Shown here one piece after another: positions 39,960 to 53,806 of a stretch of DNA of 64,000 nt. The translations under genes and the position numbers were made by a program. Origin of the DNA: Protoeuglena noctilucae (lineage: Eukaryota); assembly GCA_958009085.1 (NCBI GenBank), contig OY253672.1, positions 1,488,001 through 1,552,000 of the forward strand, given 5' to 3'. Numbering within the stretch: the first letter of the stretch is position 1; each line of letters opens with the position of its first letter. The notes under the pieces are model-generated. The model saw only the letters and a list, made by a program, of their open reading frames with translations. It had not been told where the DNA came from and searched no databases.

Positions 39960-40630
39960 CGCGCCGGCGGCCGGGCGGGGCCCAGGCCCTGCGGGAGCGA
40001 CGCGATGCGTTCGATTGAGTGAGCGCCGGCATCCCTCACCGCAACACCCCGGCTTCACGCCCAGAGTACTGCCGCATGTCGCTGACGTCTTGCGGCAAGC
40101 AGGATGCGGCGCGTCCAGGCCTCCGAGCGGCGGAAAAGCATAGCGCCATGTGCACCATGTGCACATCCGCTAACCTGTCTAGCCGTGCTTGAATTCCCCC
40201 GCTCTTCGCTCTTCTGGGACAGGTGTGATATATGTTGAGCCCCAGGGAAGGCTAGGAGGGCCGCAACGACCTCTGGACCGGTCGACGCAAAAGTCCCTCA
40301 GAGATGCACGCCTTCGGTCGCGGTGGTCATCCAGCGATCCGTACATCTCGCAGCGCAAGGGACTGGCGCGAGCCGTGAGGATTTCGGGACCCCGCGGCGT
40401 CTGACACCGGCAGCCGCTCGAAACCGGCCGTCGGGAAAGGGTGGCCGCTCCGCGCGCGCGTCAATTTGCGGCTCGTGAGGCAAGCAAATCCCCTGGGCTT
40501 CCTTCCGGCCCCTCCCCGTCTACCGCTTTTTTAACGCCGGGGTCGACCGCGGTGGCTCAATGCGCGCGTAGCCAATCGGAATTGCCGTATCTTCCGTTAA
40601 GGAGCGCGCGGCGCCGCGCAGGCTTCGCCA

Positions 40631-43295
40631 ATGGAGTTCCCATGGTTCCGCCAGCAGTTCGTCGACCCCCGCAGCTGGGCCGAAGCTGAGACGCTGCCCT
40701 CCTCCTCCGGCAGCACCACGGTAGCGAACGTGTCGCTCAAAGGGGATGCCCAGGCCCCCCGGAACGGTGAGCGGCCCCGCGGCTCAGCGGCAGTTCCGGC
40801 TTGCCGCGCTCAGGTGGCCCTCTCGACCCCCTCCGGAGCTGCGTAACGACTCTTGAGGGGCGGGCAGCGCCTCCGCGGTACCCAGAGCGCGCCCCGGGCG
40901 AGGCACTGGGATGCCTTGACGTGATCCCTGACCGCCCCGTCCGCGGGGTGTTTGCGCATCCGACCGTCTCCCGTTTCACTATCGTAATAGCATTGGCGCT
41001 TTCCATTGCGCGCATCGTGAGTTGTGCCCCGCCTAGCTCGGGGCGAGGTGCGGCGAGAGGCATGCCAGGCGGAGGCCGTGCGGCGCGCGGGACCGTCGTG
41101 GGCCGCGCGGAGAGCCTCGCCTCGGAGCATGGGGATTTGTAGAGCCGTTGGGGAGCGCGGGATCGCGGCGAAGGTTCCCGGGAGTTGTTCGCGCCTAGCT
41201 CGAGGACCTCGCGCTAACGGCCCATTTTCCCGCCCTGACCTCGATCCGCAGGCGGAGCGCGGATACTCAGGATGTCGCTGGGCAAGCTTGACCTCACCAA
41301 TATAGGGCAGCAGAGAGCGGAGAACCCGGACCACGGCCCCTCGACCGAAATGGGCAACAGGTGCGGCGCGGCTGCGGCAGGCCGGCCCCGGGCGCGCGCC
41401 GCCCGCGGCCTCTCGCCATCGCGGTCGTCCTTCCTCGTCCGCAGGCGGCAGAAGCTGCTGGAGTTCGAGTCGCAGTGCAACAAGGTGGACGAGGGCCTGT
41501 ACGTGTCTTCCGAGCTGGTGGCCAAGAACCGGGAGCTCCTGCGCCTTGCCGGCATCACGCACGTCGTCAACACGATCGGTTTCATCTGTCCCAACATGTT
41601 CCCGGACGAGCTCAGCTACCTCCTCATCAACATCCTCGACTCCCCGCAAGAGGACATCCTGGTGCGTGCGTGGAACATGGCGCCCATGCTCGCTCACACC
41701 CTGACAAATCCGCTGGCCGCACCCGGTTCATGCTCCCGCGCCCTGACAGATCACCTGGCCGCATTTGCTCCCTGCGCACGCGTCCCGGCGTGGCATAACC
41801 AACCCCCATCCCGCGCCCTTCACCCCGCAGCCCGTCCTCTACGACGTGTTTGACTTCATCGAGTCGGCCATCTCCGCGGGCGGCAACGTGCTCGTGCACT
41901 GCTCCCAGGGGGTGTCCCGGTCGACCGCCCTGGCCATCGCGTACATGATGTGGAAGCACGGCCACTCCTACGAGGACACCTTCAACGTCGTCAAGCAGGC
42001 GCGCGGCGTCGCCAACCCCAACATCGGCTTCACCTGCCAGCTCCTGCACTGGCACAAGCGGCGCATGCAGGCCCTGGCGCCCCTCCACGGCCCGCGCCCC
42101 GTGTCCCCGGCGACCCAGCAGCCCCTGCCCCGCGCGCGACTCTACCGCATCGCCGCCTTCTCCGTCCACAACCCCACCTACCTCGTCGCCAAGCCGGGGC
42201 CCACGTCGCCGGGGGTCTCCGCCCTCGACACCCGGGGCATCTTTGTCGTCCACACCGCCGCCAAGGTCTACATCTGGGTCGGACGACGCGCGCGCCAGGA
42301 CTACCTGGGGCCCGCGCTCCGGGCCGCCACGCAGCTCGCCAAGTATGAGGCGAGTCGCCATGCGCAGGGTGGCAGAGGGGCCGATCTCTCATTGTCGTCT
42401 CGTCTCTCATTGCCGGGTGCAGCGAGAGACCGGGCGCGGTGCGCCTCTCAATCTCTTTGACTCGGTCCTGTGATGTGATCCGCACGCAGGGCGCCTCGAC
42501 GGCCCGGGAGATGGTGGAGGAGGGCGCGGAGACGCCGGCGTTCCTACTCGCGCTGCAGCACCCGGGGCCGCTGCCGGCCGGGTGGACCGCCGAGCCCGTG
42601 GAGGCGTACACGCCCGACTACGACATGTACGCGGACGCGCGGCCCGAGGCGGGCGCGTCGCCCCGGTCGATCGGCCGCAGCGAGTCGGACAACACGGCCG
42701 GGCGGCCGCCCGCCGTGAGGACGGTCCCCCGCATGGCGGTGCCCATCGTGGGGATCGCCGTCGACCCCCTGGTGGAGTGCCGCAGGGTCTTCCTGAAGGG
42801 CCAGGCCGAGGTGCGTCTGCGATGCTGCCTACGGGCGTCGCCTGGTCAGTGTTCCCCATACATGAGCCTGCCTGCCTGGCGTCGGCCACTGACGCAATGC
42901 GCACATACCGTCTTCTTCCCGCAGATGATGCACGCGCCTCCGATGTCGGAGAGGAGCAGGAAGTCGCACGTGAGCGAGTCCGGGGACGACATGCTGGCGG
43001 GGGACGGCTTAGACCGCGGGGAGTCGAAGCCCGGCGCGTGGAACGAGGGGCACCTGCAGACCCACACGCGCAAGCTCCAGCGATCCCTGTCGGACCACAC
43101 AGGTGGGTCGGAGTGACACACAAGGGCGCGTAACGCATGCGGCGAGCGTGCGTCATGCACGCAAATGGGCGTGGGGGGCACTGTTGACGCGCGTCGGGTG
43201 CCGTTGTTCGCGCAGACGCCTCGGCGCCGTGCACACCGGGGCGGTCGCGCAGCTCTCGCCTCGTGGCGGAAGATCCGGACGTGGCGATGGCGTGA
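40631..43295 (+). CDS. Dual-specificity MAP kinase phosphatase, plant MKP1-like (DSP plus gelsolin-like domain); first exon tentative
   Basis: GITHVVN..DSPQEDIL|PVLYDVFDFIE..VLVHCSQGVSRSTALAIAYMMW..ARGVANPNIGFTCQLL, then RLYRIAAFSVHNPTYLV..LDTRGIFVV..VYIWVG..VEEGAETPAF. Confidence 0.88.
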
Positions 43296-43473
43296 CGGCG
43301 TGCAAAATCGATGCCACCGCGCCTGCATGTGACCCCCAGGCATGTCTACTGCTCTACTGGGCCCTGCATCGGCCCCTCTCACCCTGCCATAACGCGGGGC
43401 TTTTCTTGGGGCATTGAACGAGTCAGTGCCGTATCGCAACCCGCAACACGAGACACGCTCTCCCAAGCTACAG

Positions 43474-44560
43474 TCACTTGGTACGCAGCGGTGCTCTCCA
43501 CGCCTTGGCATCCGGGGCGGCGCTGAACTCTCCCTTGGGCTTGCGGCCCACCTGCGCCCGCTGCCCGCCCTCCTTTGCCCCGTCCTGCGTGATGGGCTGC
43601 CGGCGCTCGGCGTGACCGGCCATGACGGCACGGGCGGTGCTGCCGAGCGTGGCGCCTGCGGTGGTCTCGAATCGGTCCTCGAAGCCGCCGCCCACTCCCG
43701 GCAGTCGCGAGGAGGGCCTGAGGGTACCGACCGGCACGTGCACGTTGTGCATGGTCGATCCGGACCACAGCCCCGCCTGCGCTTTGGCCTTGTCCAGCGA
43801 GGGCTCCGAGAAGTGGAGCTCCTTGGTGGTGATGAAGGACGTGACCTGCAGGGGGGGCACGATGAATGGCTCAGAGGAAGCTACTGGCTGAAACCTCACG
43901 GGGACCTTCCCCATGCGAGCGCAGCGCAGGTGATGGCGAGTGAGCAACGATGCAGACTGGGCCCAGCGGTCCCCAAATGCGGCTGCGTTGCTCGCCTCCT
44001 CTGCCATGGGAGGGTGGTGGCTGAACATGGCGGCTCGGCCTGCCCCACGCCTGGCGAACTTGATATCCTCCGCCACCCCTACGCTCTCCATCACCTCCAT
44101 GCCCACCTTCCCATCCGGTCGGAATGAAGCGCGTGTCGTGGTCTGCAGGCGAGGCGTGCGGTCCACATACACCCACAGGGAAGGCCCAGCATAACGAGTT
44201 TCCCACGCATGGCACGCACTCGCCGAAAACTCAGCGAACTAGCGGGCGAGGCTCACCGCGAACTCAGCAGGCGGCTTCTGGTACCCCATCTCCAGCGGTG
44301 GCTTGTTCCCGCTGTCCTGCGCATGGCGCTCCTCCACCCAATTCTGCCCGCTCAGCACGCCGTATCGAAACGACGTTTTGTGTTCGGAGAGCCCGATTCC
44401 CGCACCACCTGAGGACAGAGAGGATGAAATCGACTGATCTAAGCCACGTCGAGGCCACGGTAGCCCGGGAAAAGGCCGGGACCGGCGGACGCGGGGCAAC
44501 GTCAGCCGACCCACATGCCGCGCCTGTGCGGCCACGGATGTACACCTCTGGTAGAAAGCT
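43474..44560 (-). CDS. Small uncharacterised protein with a GVLxxNWxEER (NWE-like) motif; candidate ciliary microtubule inner protein; 5' end uncertain
   Basis: Exon about 44255-44408 reads SFRYGVLSGQNWVEERH; downstream exons give TTTRASF, FITTKELHF and FETTAG, ending RAPLRTK* at 43474. Confidence 0.5.
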
Positions 44561-44951
44561 GCGGCGCGGTGAATTACATACGAGTAACATGTCACGATTC
44601 TGTCCTCAAACGAAGGCAGGAGCTCCCGGCCATTCCTCACATCCCCGGCTCCAGCGCTCAGAAGGAAGGAACGACTCCCACGACGCGGCCGGGAGGGCGG
44701 GCCCCATGTTGCTGAGAAACAGACGTTGCTTATTCGCTACAGCTGCTTCTCTGCAATACTTGCTCGCTATGCGCAGTTCAATGAGACAAAAGCTGCACAC
44801 ACCAGCACAACAGCGAGCTGAGAGCGACGGGCACGAGCGCAGTCGCTAAGGATTTCACAGCACTGCCCTGCATACTGGCCAGTCTGCGCCGTCCCGCCCT
44901 GGCCCCTCTGACAGAGCTCCGCCAGTGTCGGCGTCAGCGACATGGGCCGCG

Positions 44952-46480
44952 TCACTGCCACTTGGCGATGGCCGAGGCCCACGTGAGCCCCGCGCCGAAG
45001 CCAGCGAAGGCCAGCGTGTCGCCCGGCTGGATCTTGCCCCCCCGCACCGCCTCGTCGAGCGCCAGCGGGATCGACGCGGCGGACGTGTTGCCGTACTCCC
45101 CCAGGTTGCTGATGACCCGGTCTTGCGGGAAGCTGTACCGCTCCGCCGCCGAGTCGAGGATGCGCTGGTTGGCCTGGTGCAGGACCATCCAGTCCACGTC
45201 GTCCTTGGTCAGGCCCCCCATCGCCAGCGCCTCGTCGAGCACCTGAGGGACCGCACGCACCGCGAACTTGAACACCTCCTGACCATTCATCTGGATGTTC
45301 TCGAACTCGGCCCGCGCCGCCCGGCCCTCGGCAGCCAGCCCCGGCTTGTGCACCAGCGTCGCCGTCGTGCAACACAACTTGGACAGGCCGTGACCGTCGC
45401 TGTGCATGGCGTGCCCCAGGAGCCCGTCCCGTCCGGCGTCCGTTGCCTGGACCAGGACAGCGCCTGCGAGAGGGACACGGGGCTTGCATGGTCCGTGCGT
45501 GGTCGCGCGTGCACACGTCTCATGGCCCCCCCGGCCCGCCAGCTGCGGCGAGGCCCACCTGCACCGTCACCGAAGAGGATGCACGTACCCCGGTCGTTCC
45601 AGTCCACGAACCGCGTCAGGCAGTCGGCGCCGACCAGCAGCACGTTCTTCGCCATGCCGGACCGGACGTACGCCCCCGCAGTGATGAGCCCCAGAACGAA
45701 GCCACTACACGCCGCCGTGAGGTCCATGGCCACCGCCTTGTTGGCGCCCAAGCCCGCCTGCACCGTGGTAGCGCTCCCAAACACATCATCCGGCGTCGAC
45801 GTGCACAGCAAGATCATGTCCACCTCCTCCGGGGCCACCCGCGCCATCTCCAGCGCCCGCCGCGCCGCCTCCGTCGCGTGGTGACTGATCTTCTCCCTGC
45901 GGTCGCAGCGGCGGGATGCGCTGAGGACCACAGGCTCGCCCACCTCGACCATGCGGATTGGCCCCCTCTGTTTCTCACCCCTGGCTCAGCACATGCCGCG
46001 CGCGGATGCCCGTCCGCTTCGTGATCCATTCATCGGACGTCTCCACGAGCTGTTCCAGGTCCGCGTTGCTCAATCGCGTCTCGGGCACCGACGACCCCAC
46101 CCCGCTCAGCCTGCGAGCAGCCCGGGGCGGACTCGATCGCGATGCTGCAGTGATGCGGCGAAACGACTGGGTTCTGCGTCGCCGCCACAGACCGAAACGC
46201 ATGACAGCTTGCGCGGGCAGGCGGGCCCGGCGTGAGCTTCCCGCTGCGGCAACTCAATTGAGGAGCGCGCCCGCGCTCCTGGACCCTGCTCCACCGCGGG
46301 CCATGTATTCCCCCAAAAACGTCTAAGGAGAAGCGTGAGGGGTGGTCTTTCGGGCCGAAGGACCGACGAGCGCGCTGTGGTGCGCGCCCCGTGCCACGCG
46401 GCGAGGGCGCGGGTACAGCAGCGGGCCCCGGCCAGCCAAGGGTGCAGACGCATCGCCAGACGGTACCCCGCTCATGACAT
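44952..46480 (-). CDS. fabH: 3-ketoacyl-ACP synthase III (FabH/KAS III), plastid; N-terminal exon(s) uncertain
   Basis: [42 protein letters not shown] (catalytic Cys), [56 protein letters not shown]. Confidence 0.93.
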
Positions 46481-47161
46481 CACTCATCCAAAGCCCCCAG
46501 ACCCCATGCCGTCCCCGGGTGCCGTGGCGGTTTCCCCGGGCAGACCCCTCCGGTGCCCCCCCGGCACGCCCGCGCGACGGGTATAGGGCACGGCCCTTCC
46601 GACCGCGCATCTAATTGTCGCTTTTTTATCACAACTGGCGGCCCGGGCAGCGCACCTCACGCCCGCGCTGTACGCCTTGGCCCGCACACATCTGGGCGCC
46701 GATGCGGGCCCCGCAGACCTCCAAAACGCCCCATGCCCCCCACGCACGCAACCGCTTGCTATCATTGAGACATCAGTGTGACTAATGGCGGGGCGCGTCT
46801 TCTCTACGGTCGGGGGTCGGCAGCGGGGAGTCCAGTGATCGGGCAGCGGAGCTGCCGCAGGCAGAACGACACAACAATACAAGAAACTTGAATATGGCAG
46901 CCGTCGCGATCCGCCTGGGCCTCAGAAAAGGTGAATCCGGGTTGCCCTGCTGCCAGCCAGCGGGCTTCAGCGAGTAACGCGCATGAGAGTGCGCTACAGC
47001 CAGCCCGGATGAACGCAAGCTGGCGCGCGTGTGCAGGGCAAGGCCACTGAGGAGGTCGGGCGTACGTTGCACGTTAGCAGGGCCAGCATCGAGCCGGCGG
47101 GGGGCCGGCCAGGGGACGCCGCGCGGCGCGCATCCGGGATGGGGGGAGGGGCGTTGTAGCC

Positions 47162-50100
47162 ATGGCTGCGGAGACCTCGGCGGATGCCAAGCGGCTGGCC
47201 GAGGCGAGTGCGCACATGCCAGGCCCTGCGCGCCGTCCTCGACGCTCCAGCCGCGGCGCGGGATCACCAAGCGAAGGCATGTTAGTTCCTGAATGTGCTC
47301 AGCGCACCCCGCTGACTCACTTGTGCCCCGAATGCGCTGGGAGCCCGCAGGCCCTGGGCAGGATGGTGGAGGCGGGGACCCTGTCCGAGAGCGACAGCCA
47401 GCGGTACATGAACAAACTCCAAACGCTTTCTCGCCTTCGAGTCGCGTCGAAGAGGCGTCAGGAGGCGGAGCAGATCAAGGCGGTGCAGCTGCAGGTCAGG
47501 AAACAAGCGCGCTGGGCACCTTCCGGCCCGTCTCGTTCGCGGCTCGTGCGCCCCTCCAACCTGTGGTTCGGAAACAGGATCTTGACACATCGACGACGCA
47601 CCGCGGCGTGTCCGCCCTCCTCCGCAGAGGAAGCTGGAGGTGGAGCGGGGCCGTGCCGACAAGGGTCCAATAGGGGGCTCCGTGTTCATCCTCCAGCTGA
47701 AAGAGGAGCGCGACGATGCCGATTCTGAAAACGTTTTGCTCCAGGAGACCCTGTCGTCGCTGGAGATCGACGAGAAGCAGTGCAAGAGCGAGCGCGACGT
47801 GCTCCGCACCCGGCTGCAGAAAGTCATCCAAGACGCCAAGGACGCCCTGAAGGCGAGCATCCGTAGCTACATGCCGGCGCGCATGGCCGCGATGCGTGTG
47901 CGCGTCGCGCGGCCACCGCTGCACGGTCACCCCCCGTGACGCACCGCGCCCGCGCCGCGCACGCAGCCGCACATTGAGGAGCTCAAGTCGGAGATCAAGA
48001 GCTTGGGCGAGGCGCTGTCGGACCAGGTGTCGCGGCTGGAGACCGCGCGCAACGACGTGCGCCGCGCCAAGGACATCCACGCGGAGGCCCAGGCGGAGCT
48101 GGCGCGAATGGAGGAGCTGCGGACGCGGGAGCAGGTCCAGTACAACAAGGCGGCGGGTCTTCCGGAGACGGTAAAGCGTCAGATCGAGATGGTTCAGACG
48201 CAGATCAAGCAGACGCAGGCGATGCAGCAGGGCGTGCAGGCGCGCACCCGGGAGCTGCAGGTGCAGGCGCAGAAGCTCGCGTCCCGGTACGACCACCTGG
48301 TGCTCGAGGAGCGGGAGGCGGAGACGCAGCGGCAGAAGCTGATGGGCCAGCTGGCGAAGAAGGACCGGGCCGTGTCGCAGTGCACGGACGACATTGCGCA
48401 GAAGCAGATCGCCAACGAGCAGCTCCTGGAGCAGCAGGCGCGGCTGGACCTGCAGATGTCGCAGGCGGAGAAGGCGGTTAAGACGGTGCAGGAGGAACTG
48501 CAGAAGCACGTGCGGTCCAAGGAAGCCCTGCTGCGCAAGCTCAAGAGGCGAGGCGAATGCATGCGGGGCGTCTGCTTAACCACCGAGACGGCACGCGTTC
48601 CCGCGTTCCAGACGGCGCTTGCGATCGAAATTCGCTCGCTCCCCGCGTCGCAGGGCCGAAGCGGAGACGAAGGAGGTGCAGGACTCGATCCCGCCCTTGG
48701 CGTCGGTGAAGGAGGGCGTCCGGCTGGACATCCAGAAGAACCTCGCGGAGAAGGCCCGGGTGGAGGAGTTGGCGGAGATGCTGAAGAAGGAGGTGGCGCT
48801 GGTCAAGGACGAGGTTTCCAAGGTGAGCGGCTGTTGCGGTCGTTGCTGCCATGCGCAGGCGAGGGCTCTTCGCTCGTCACGTCGCGAGGCGGCCGGCTGC
48901 GGCGTGAGCTTTGCGCGCTCGGCTTCTCCCGCAGAGCGAGATGGCGTCGCGGGACATCCAGGAACTGCTGATGGACAGTAACCGGGACATGGCTGCCATG
49001 GAGGCCGAGATTGCCCAGATGAAGCGGGAGCAGGACGACAGGGAGCGGGGCATCCGGGAGCTGGCGAGCAAGCGCGACAACGCGGGGCGGCAGGTGTCGC
49101 TGAAGCTGCTCAAGTACCGGGAGGCCATGGAGCTGGTGCAGCTCAAGGCGATGGTGATCAAGGACCTCAAGAAGCAGCGGAAGGAGCTCATGGGCCGCGT
49201 CAAGGAGTTCGAGCAGCTCTTTGAGCTCGTCAAGGCGCGGCGGGGGCGGGGGCGCGCGGCCTGGCTGCACGCACGCGCTGCGTGCTGTGCATTGTGACGT
49301 TCACTCAGAGACCCCTGCACTTGTGCCCGCAGAACCAGAGAAACAAGTTCATGAACTTGATCCAGGCGTCGTCCCAGTCGATCGCCGAGATGCGGGAGAA
49401 GCTCAAGATCCTCGACAATGAGATCGACATCCTCCGTGCTGAGAGCGCCGACATGGACCACCAGCTGCAGAAGCAGCGGCACGACTACCAGGTCGAGCAG
49501 ACGAAGCGAGACCAGCTGCAGAATGAGAAGAACCGCAAGCTGCACGAGTTCCAGCTGCGGCAAGACCTGGTGGACCAGCAGATCGCCGAGATGGACAAGC
49601 TCAACTCCATCATCAACCGCGCCGAGAGGGGTGCGTGCAGGCGCTGGGGCCGCGGAAAGGTGTTCGGAGGCACAAAGCGGTGGTGTGGTGTTGACGACCG
49701 CGCGTACCATTCCCGCCCTCGCAGACATGCTGCGGCTCAAGAAGAACTACGAGATGGTGATTGAGGCGCGCAACTACACGGGCATCGTGCTGATCGACCG
49801 CAACGACGAGCTGTGCATTCTGTACGAGAAGGCCAACGTCCAGGACGACATCCTGCGGCGGGGCGAGCTGGCGCTCAAGCAAAGAGAGGACGACACGCGC
49901 ATGCTGCGCATCGAGGTGAGCGGCGGCGGCCACGAGACGCGCGCGCCGGTTCAGTGGCAGTTATACCGCGAGCTTTGCGACCCGTGGCCGGGCGACTGCG
50001 CTGGGTACCACTGCGCCACATGAACCTTTCCGCCCCTGCCCCTTGGCAGATCGCGGATTTGGAGAGGTCCATCACAGCGACGCGGCGCGTGGTGCCCGAG

Positions 50101-51059
50101 ATCCCCGAGCTGGATGTGGAGATTGCGACGCTGAAGACGAAGCTGTTGGAGGCCCAGAAGGAGTCGGAGCATCTGTCGCTGGCGTTAGAAGACCCGGACA
50201 ACGGCGACCGGTGGAAGAAGCTGGAGGGCCCGATCCCCGACAAGGAGGAGTTGGCTGCGAAGATCACGCAACTGCAGGAGCGCCTGAACGACAAGAAGGA
50301 GCAGCTGCTGGAGCGGCAGCTGGTGCTGGAGGAGGTGACGGGGCTGTCGGACCGGCTGAGGGCGCAGGCCGTGGACGGGCGCAGCAAGAGCCTGACGCTG
50401 GCGAAGGAGATCAACGACTACCAGGCCAAGATCCGGGGCGTGACGCGGCGCATGATGGCCACCGTCAGCGAGCTGTCCATGTACCAGGCGTCGTGCCTCA
50501 AGCTCGAGGCAGACCAGACGCAGCTCGGCACGCTCCTCGCCGAGGGCAGGAAGCGCGTCGAGCAGGGCCTGCCGCCGACGGGTGAGGCATTGGCGCTTGG
50601 CGAGCGCATGGCACCGGCATGCGTGCGTGCAACGGCGTCGCTCGACTGGCTCCCGCCCACGGCCCGCAGAGGAGGCGGAGAGGGAGTGGTTCCGCATGGA
50701 GCGGCAGGCGGAGATGATGATGAAGATGCGCATCGAGAAGAAGGCATTCGAGCGCCTGCAGGACGCCGAGGTGAGTGCCTTAACCCGTCGCTGGATGGAC
50801 GGCCCACCATGGGTCGGTAGGAACGGGCTCGTGAACATGGTATCGACACTGCTATTGACAGCAAGAAAACTTCTGTTCGTCCACGCAGGCCCTGGGCCTC
50901 AAGACGACGGCCACGCCCCGCCCCAACGCCTACCTTGCCGACAGCGACCCCAGCGGCATGCCCAAGCCGTATACCAACTACGCCCCCTTCAAGCCCATGG
51001 AGCCTGGCAGCACCATGCGCCACATCCGGAAGCCCCAGCTGCGGGAGATTGTTCTGTAG
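47162..51059 (+). CDS. CCDC146: Coiled-coil domain-containing protein 146 (CCDC146/MBO2-like axonemal protein)
   Basis: Long coiled coil; VK|NQRNKFMNLIQ, RNYTGIVLIDRNDELCILYEK, RMMATVSELSMYQ, and the diagnostic C-terminus TTATPRPNAYL..PKPY..APFKPMEPGSTMRHIRKP. Confidence 0.88.
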
Positions 51060-51356
51060 TGCCCTGTGTTGTTGGCGCCGCATTCACTGGCGCCCCGTTG
51101 CCCTGGCTGTGCACCCCGTCATCTGGACGGGGACCTCGTGACCCACGCCTACTGCTTCAAGATTGGCAAGAGGAAGCTGAACTGCGCATTGACACTTCCT
51201 GCAACGAACACAGGCTCGACGTTGGTGCGCTGCAGCTCCCTCTGCGCTTGGCCTGGGCTTTGGCAATACTCGTGCGCGGACAAACTAGCACTCGTGAGCC
51301 CTATCCACCCGCGGGTGGTGTCGCGGCAAGCCGCAGCGCTCTACGGGGGAGTCATC

Positions 51357-52299
51357 ATGGAGGGGAAGAGTGGGGCGCTTCTCTTGGCTATCCTGTCGAC
51401 GGGCATACTGCTCCAGGTACATCCTGTGATGGAGGGTCCTCTGCCGGGTCCAGGGCCTGGGGGATGCCCGAACGAGGCCACACGACGCCATCGTCATCTT
51501 GCCCGTCCTCGTTGCGTCGAATGGACCGCGTAACCGACGCCACGCGCCTCCCTTCCCCGCTCAGATCCTTGGTTGCGCAATATGGAACAACTGGTGGCCC
51601 AGTTTGGTGATGATGGTGAGCGCGGCACTGGTGAACGAGGCCCGGGGGTGCCCGGCGCAGCACAGGGACCTCTCGCCGCGCTCTCACCGGCGTGGTTAAA
51701 CGATTGTATATCAAGGAAGGGGATGGTGTCTGAAGAGTTGGCATATTCGAAGACTTCGCGCACAGACGTGCGGTCTTAGGGCGAGTCGGACTGTTGCCCC
51801 GCCCACCCTTTCTCGCAGATGTATGTCCTCGTTCCCATGCCCTACATGTTCTTTAGCGGGAGAACTGCGTTCAACAGCGGTGTCTCGGACGGGTAAGCCG
51901 CGGTTCAAAGCTGCGCACCTCGCCCTCGCGCGTCTGCACAGTCTGCGATCGTCCGGCGGCATCCCTTGCCGCTCAGGCAGTAGTACACATCCATGCATTC
52001 CCACGCTCTCGGCGCACTGCGCAGGTGGAAGGACACGGGGAGGTTCATTACCGGGTTTGCGGCCATCGTGTCGTTTGCCGTGCCCGGCATCCTCTACCAC
52101 GCGGGGGTCATCGTGTCCGGTGCCTTTGCCATGGAGATGGTGGCCAGGTGATGCGGCTCGCGTGACTGCATCCAAGGCCGCTACCCCTGCTGGCCCGTGC
52201 TGGGCCCGCACGCTGACTCTATCAGCACCCGTCCATCGCAGTGCCATGATCCTGGGGTCGGGGCTCATGTACGACTACTTCGCCTCCCAGGCGTGGTGA
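51357..52299 (+). CDS. VPS55: Vacuolar protein sorting 55 (Vps55/LEPROT family) membrane protein; 5 small exons
   Basis: GILLQ|ILGCAIWNNWWPSLVMM|MYVLVPMPYMFF..|GWKDTGRFITG..SFAVPGILYHAGVI..; stop at 52297-52299. Confidence 0.85.
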
Positions 52300-52441
52300 G
52301 GGAAGCACGACAAAGTAGTCGCTGCTAGATTCTTCCCACGATACAGTGTTTTGCCATCGCGGCCGATGCGGTGTTGTGTCCAGCGAAGGCGTCTCAGCGC
52401 TGCTGGGCGAAGGAAGTTGGCGTCCATGTAGCTCGCTTCAA

Positions 52442-53806
52442 TCACCCGCCTTGACCAAGCCCCGACATGGAAGCCGCCAGCCCGGCCACGACCGCCTCTT
52501 TGACAAAGTCGTGCGGCATGCCGTACACGGCCCTCGCCCCCGGCTGCACCAAGCAAGCGCCGTCCGCGTTGACTCTCAGCTCGAATGCCTCAGCCACGAA
52601 CCCCGCGCCCACGCTGCCCCGCTCGCTGGCTGCCGCGACCCCCGCGTCCCCCGCGTCCCCGTCTTTGGGCGTCGGCACCGGCACCCCCTCCAACTCCTCC
52701 CACGTGAACAGCAGCGGGTTGGTGGTGCACCTCCACGGGTTGACGTCCAGTACCCGCGCACCCCGTGCGGCCGACCCGGTCAGGTGCACGTCGTATGTGC
52801 AGTCGGCCAGCGGCAGCCGCCCCGCCACGTGCGTTGTGTGGAAGGTGCGAAGGGCGCCAGCCACCTCCTCCCGCGACGACTCCAGCTGAGGCATGGCGCT
52901 GTGCGCGTGGCGCTGGCTCGCGCCCACCAGTGCGCCCCCGCGCACGAAGCACCGAAACTCCGCATCGGGTCGCATCTCCACCCACCGCTTCAGGACGAGC
53001 GTCGGGGCGAAGGGCGGCAGCAGAGGGGACCCCGCGTCCGCAGCGGCCTCCGCCCGGCTTGCGCGGGCGCGCTGCACGGCGGGGCCTGCCTCCGAGAGGT
53101 CGTGCGCGATGCGGTCGGAGCTCTTCAGCAGCAGCGCCACCTCCTCCGCATTGGTGCACTCCATCGTGCCCGTCGCGTTCATCCACGTCGCGTCCACCGG
53201 CGCGCTCCAGTTCGTCTTGGGCATCACGCACCCTCCCAGCTCCTGCAGTGACCCGACCATCGCGCACGGTCGCCCCACGTACGGCGGTGCAGGCATCGCC
53301 GCGCGCCTGGCCTCGAGCACTCGCCTCTATTGCTCTCTGGATTTGGTCCCGCAATTGGGGGAACTTGGCGAACCAGTCGCCGTCCCTGTCCTCTGAGCCC
53401 CACCCGGAGTCACTCCCGCTGTCCCCCGCGCCTGGTTGCGAGCTCGCAGCGCTGGACGTCTGCGGTCCCCAGCCGACAGGGAGGGTGAGAGTCAGCACAT
53501 GAGCCTCGCCATACCGGCTCAGCTCTAAGCATTTATACAGTGCCCCACCTGCTCTACCTCGGCGGGCCACTGGCGCTGGTAGCCATCCTCGTCCGAATCG
53601 TGGGCGTGGGCTCGTGCGGCTGGTATAGCTTGGTTGTTTTCCCCGAGAAAGACCCCGTCAGCTAGCAGAAAGGCCACGAACTCGGCGGGAAGGGGGATGC
53701 ACACAGCCGGAACACACACAGACCTCCCGAGGGCCGCGCTCCAGACGGCGAACTGGCACTTGGAGAGGTCGGCAGCCCCTTCATCCATCACTGAAGACGC
53801 GGCCAT
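52442..53806 (-). CDS. CDC123: Cell division cycle protein 123 (D123 family, eIF2 assembly factor)
   Basis: CQFAVW..IPLPAEFVAFLLADGVFL, FPQL..IE|ELGGCVMPKTNWSAPVDATW..LLLKSSDRIAHDL, LVLKRW..EFRCFVRG..LVGASQR, DVNPW..TNPLLFTWEEL. Confidence 0.92.
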
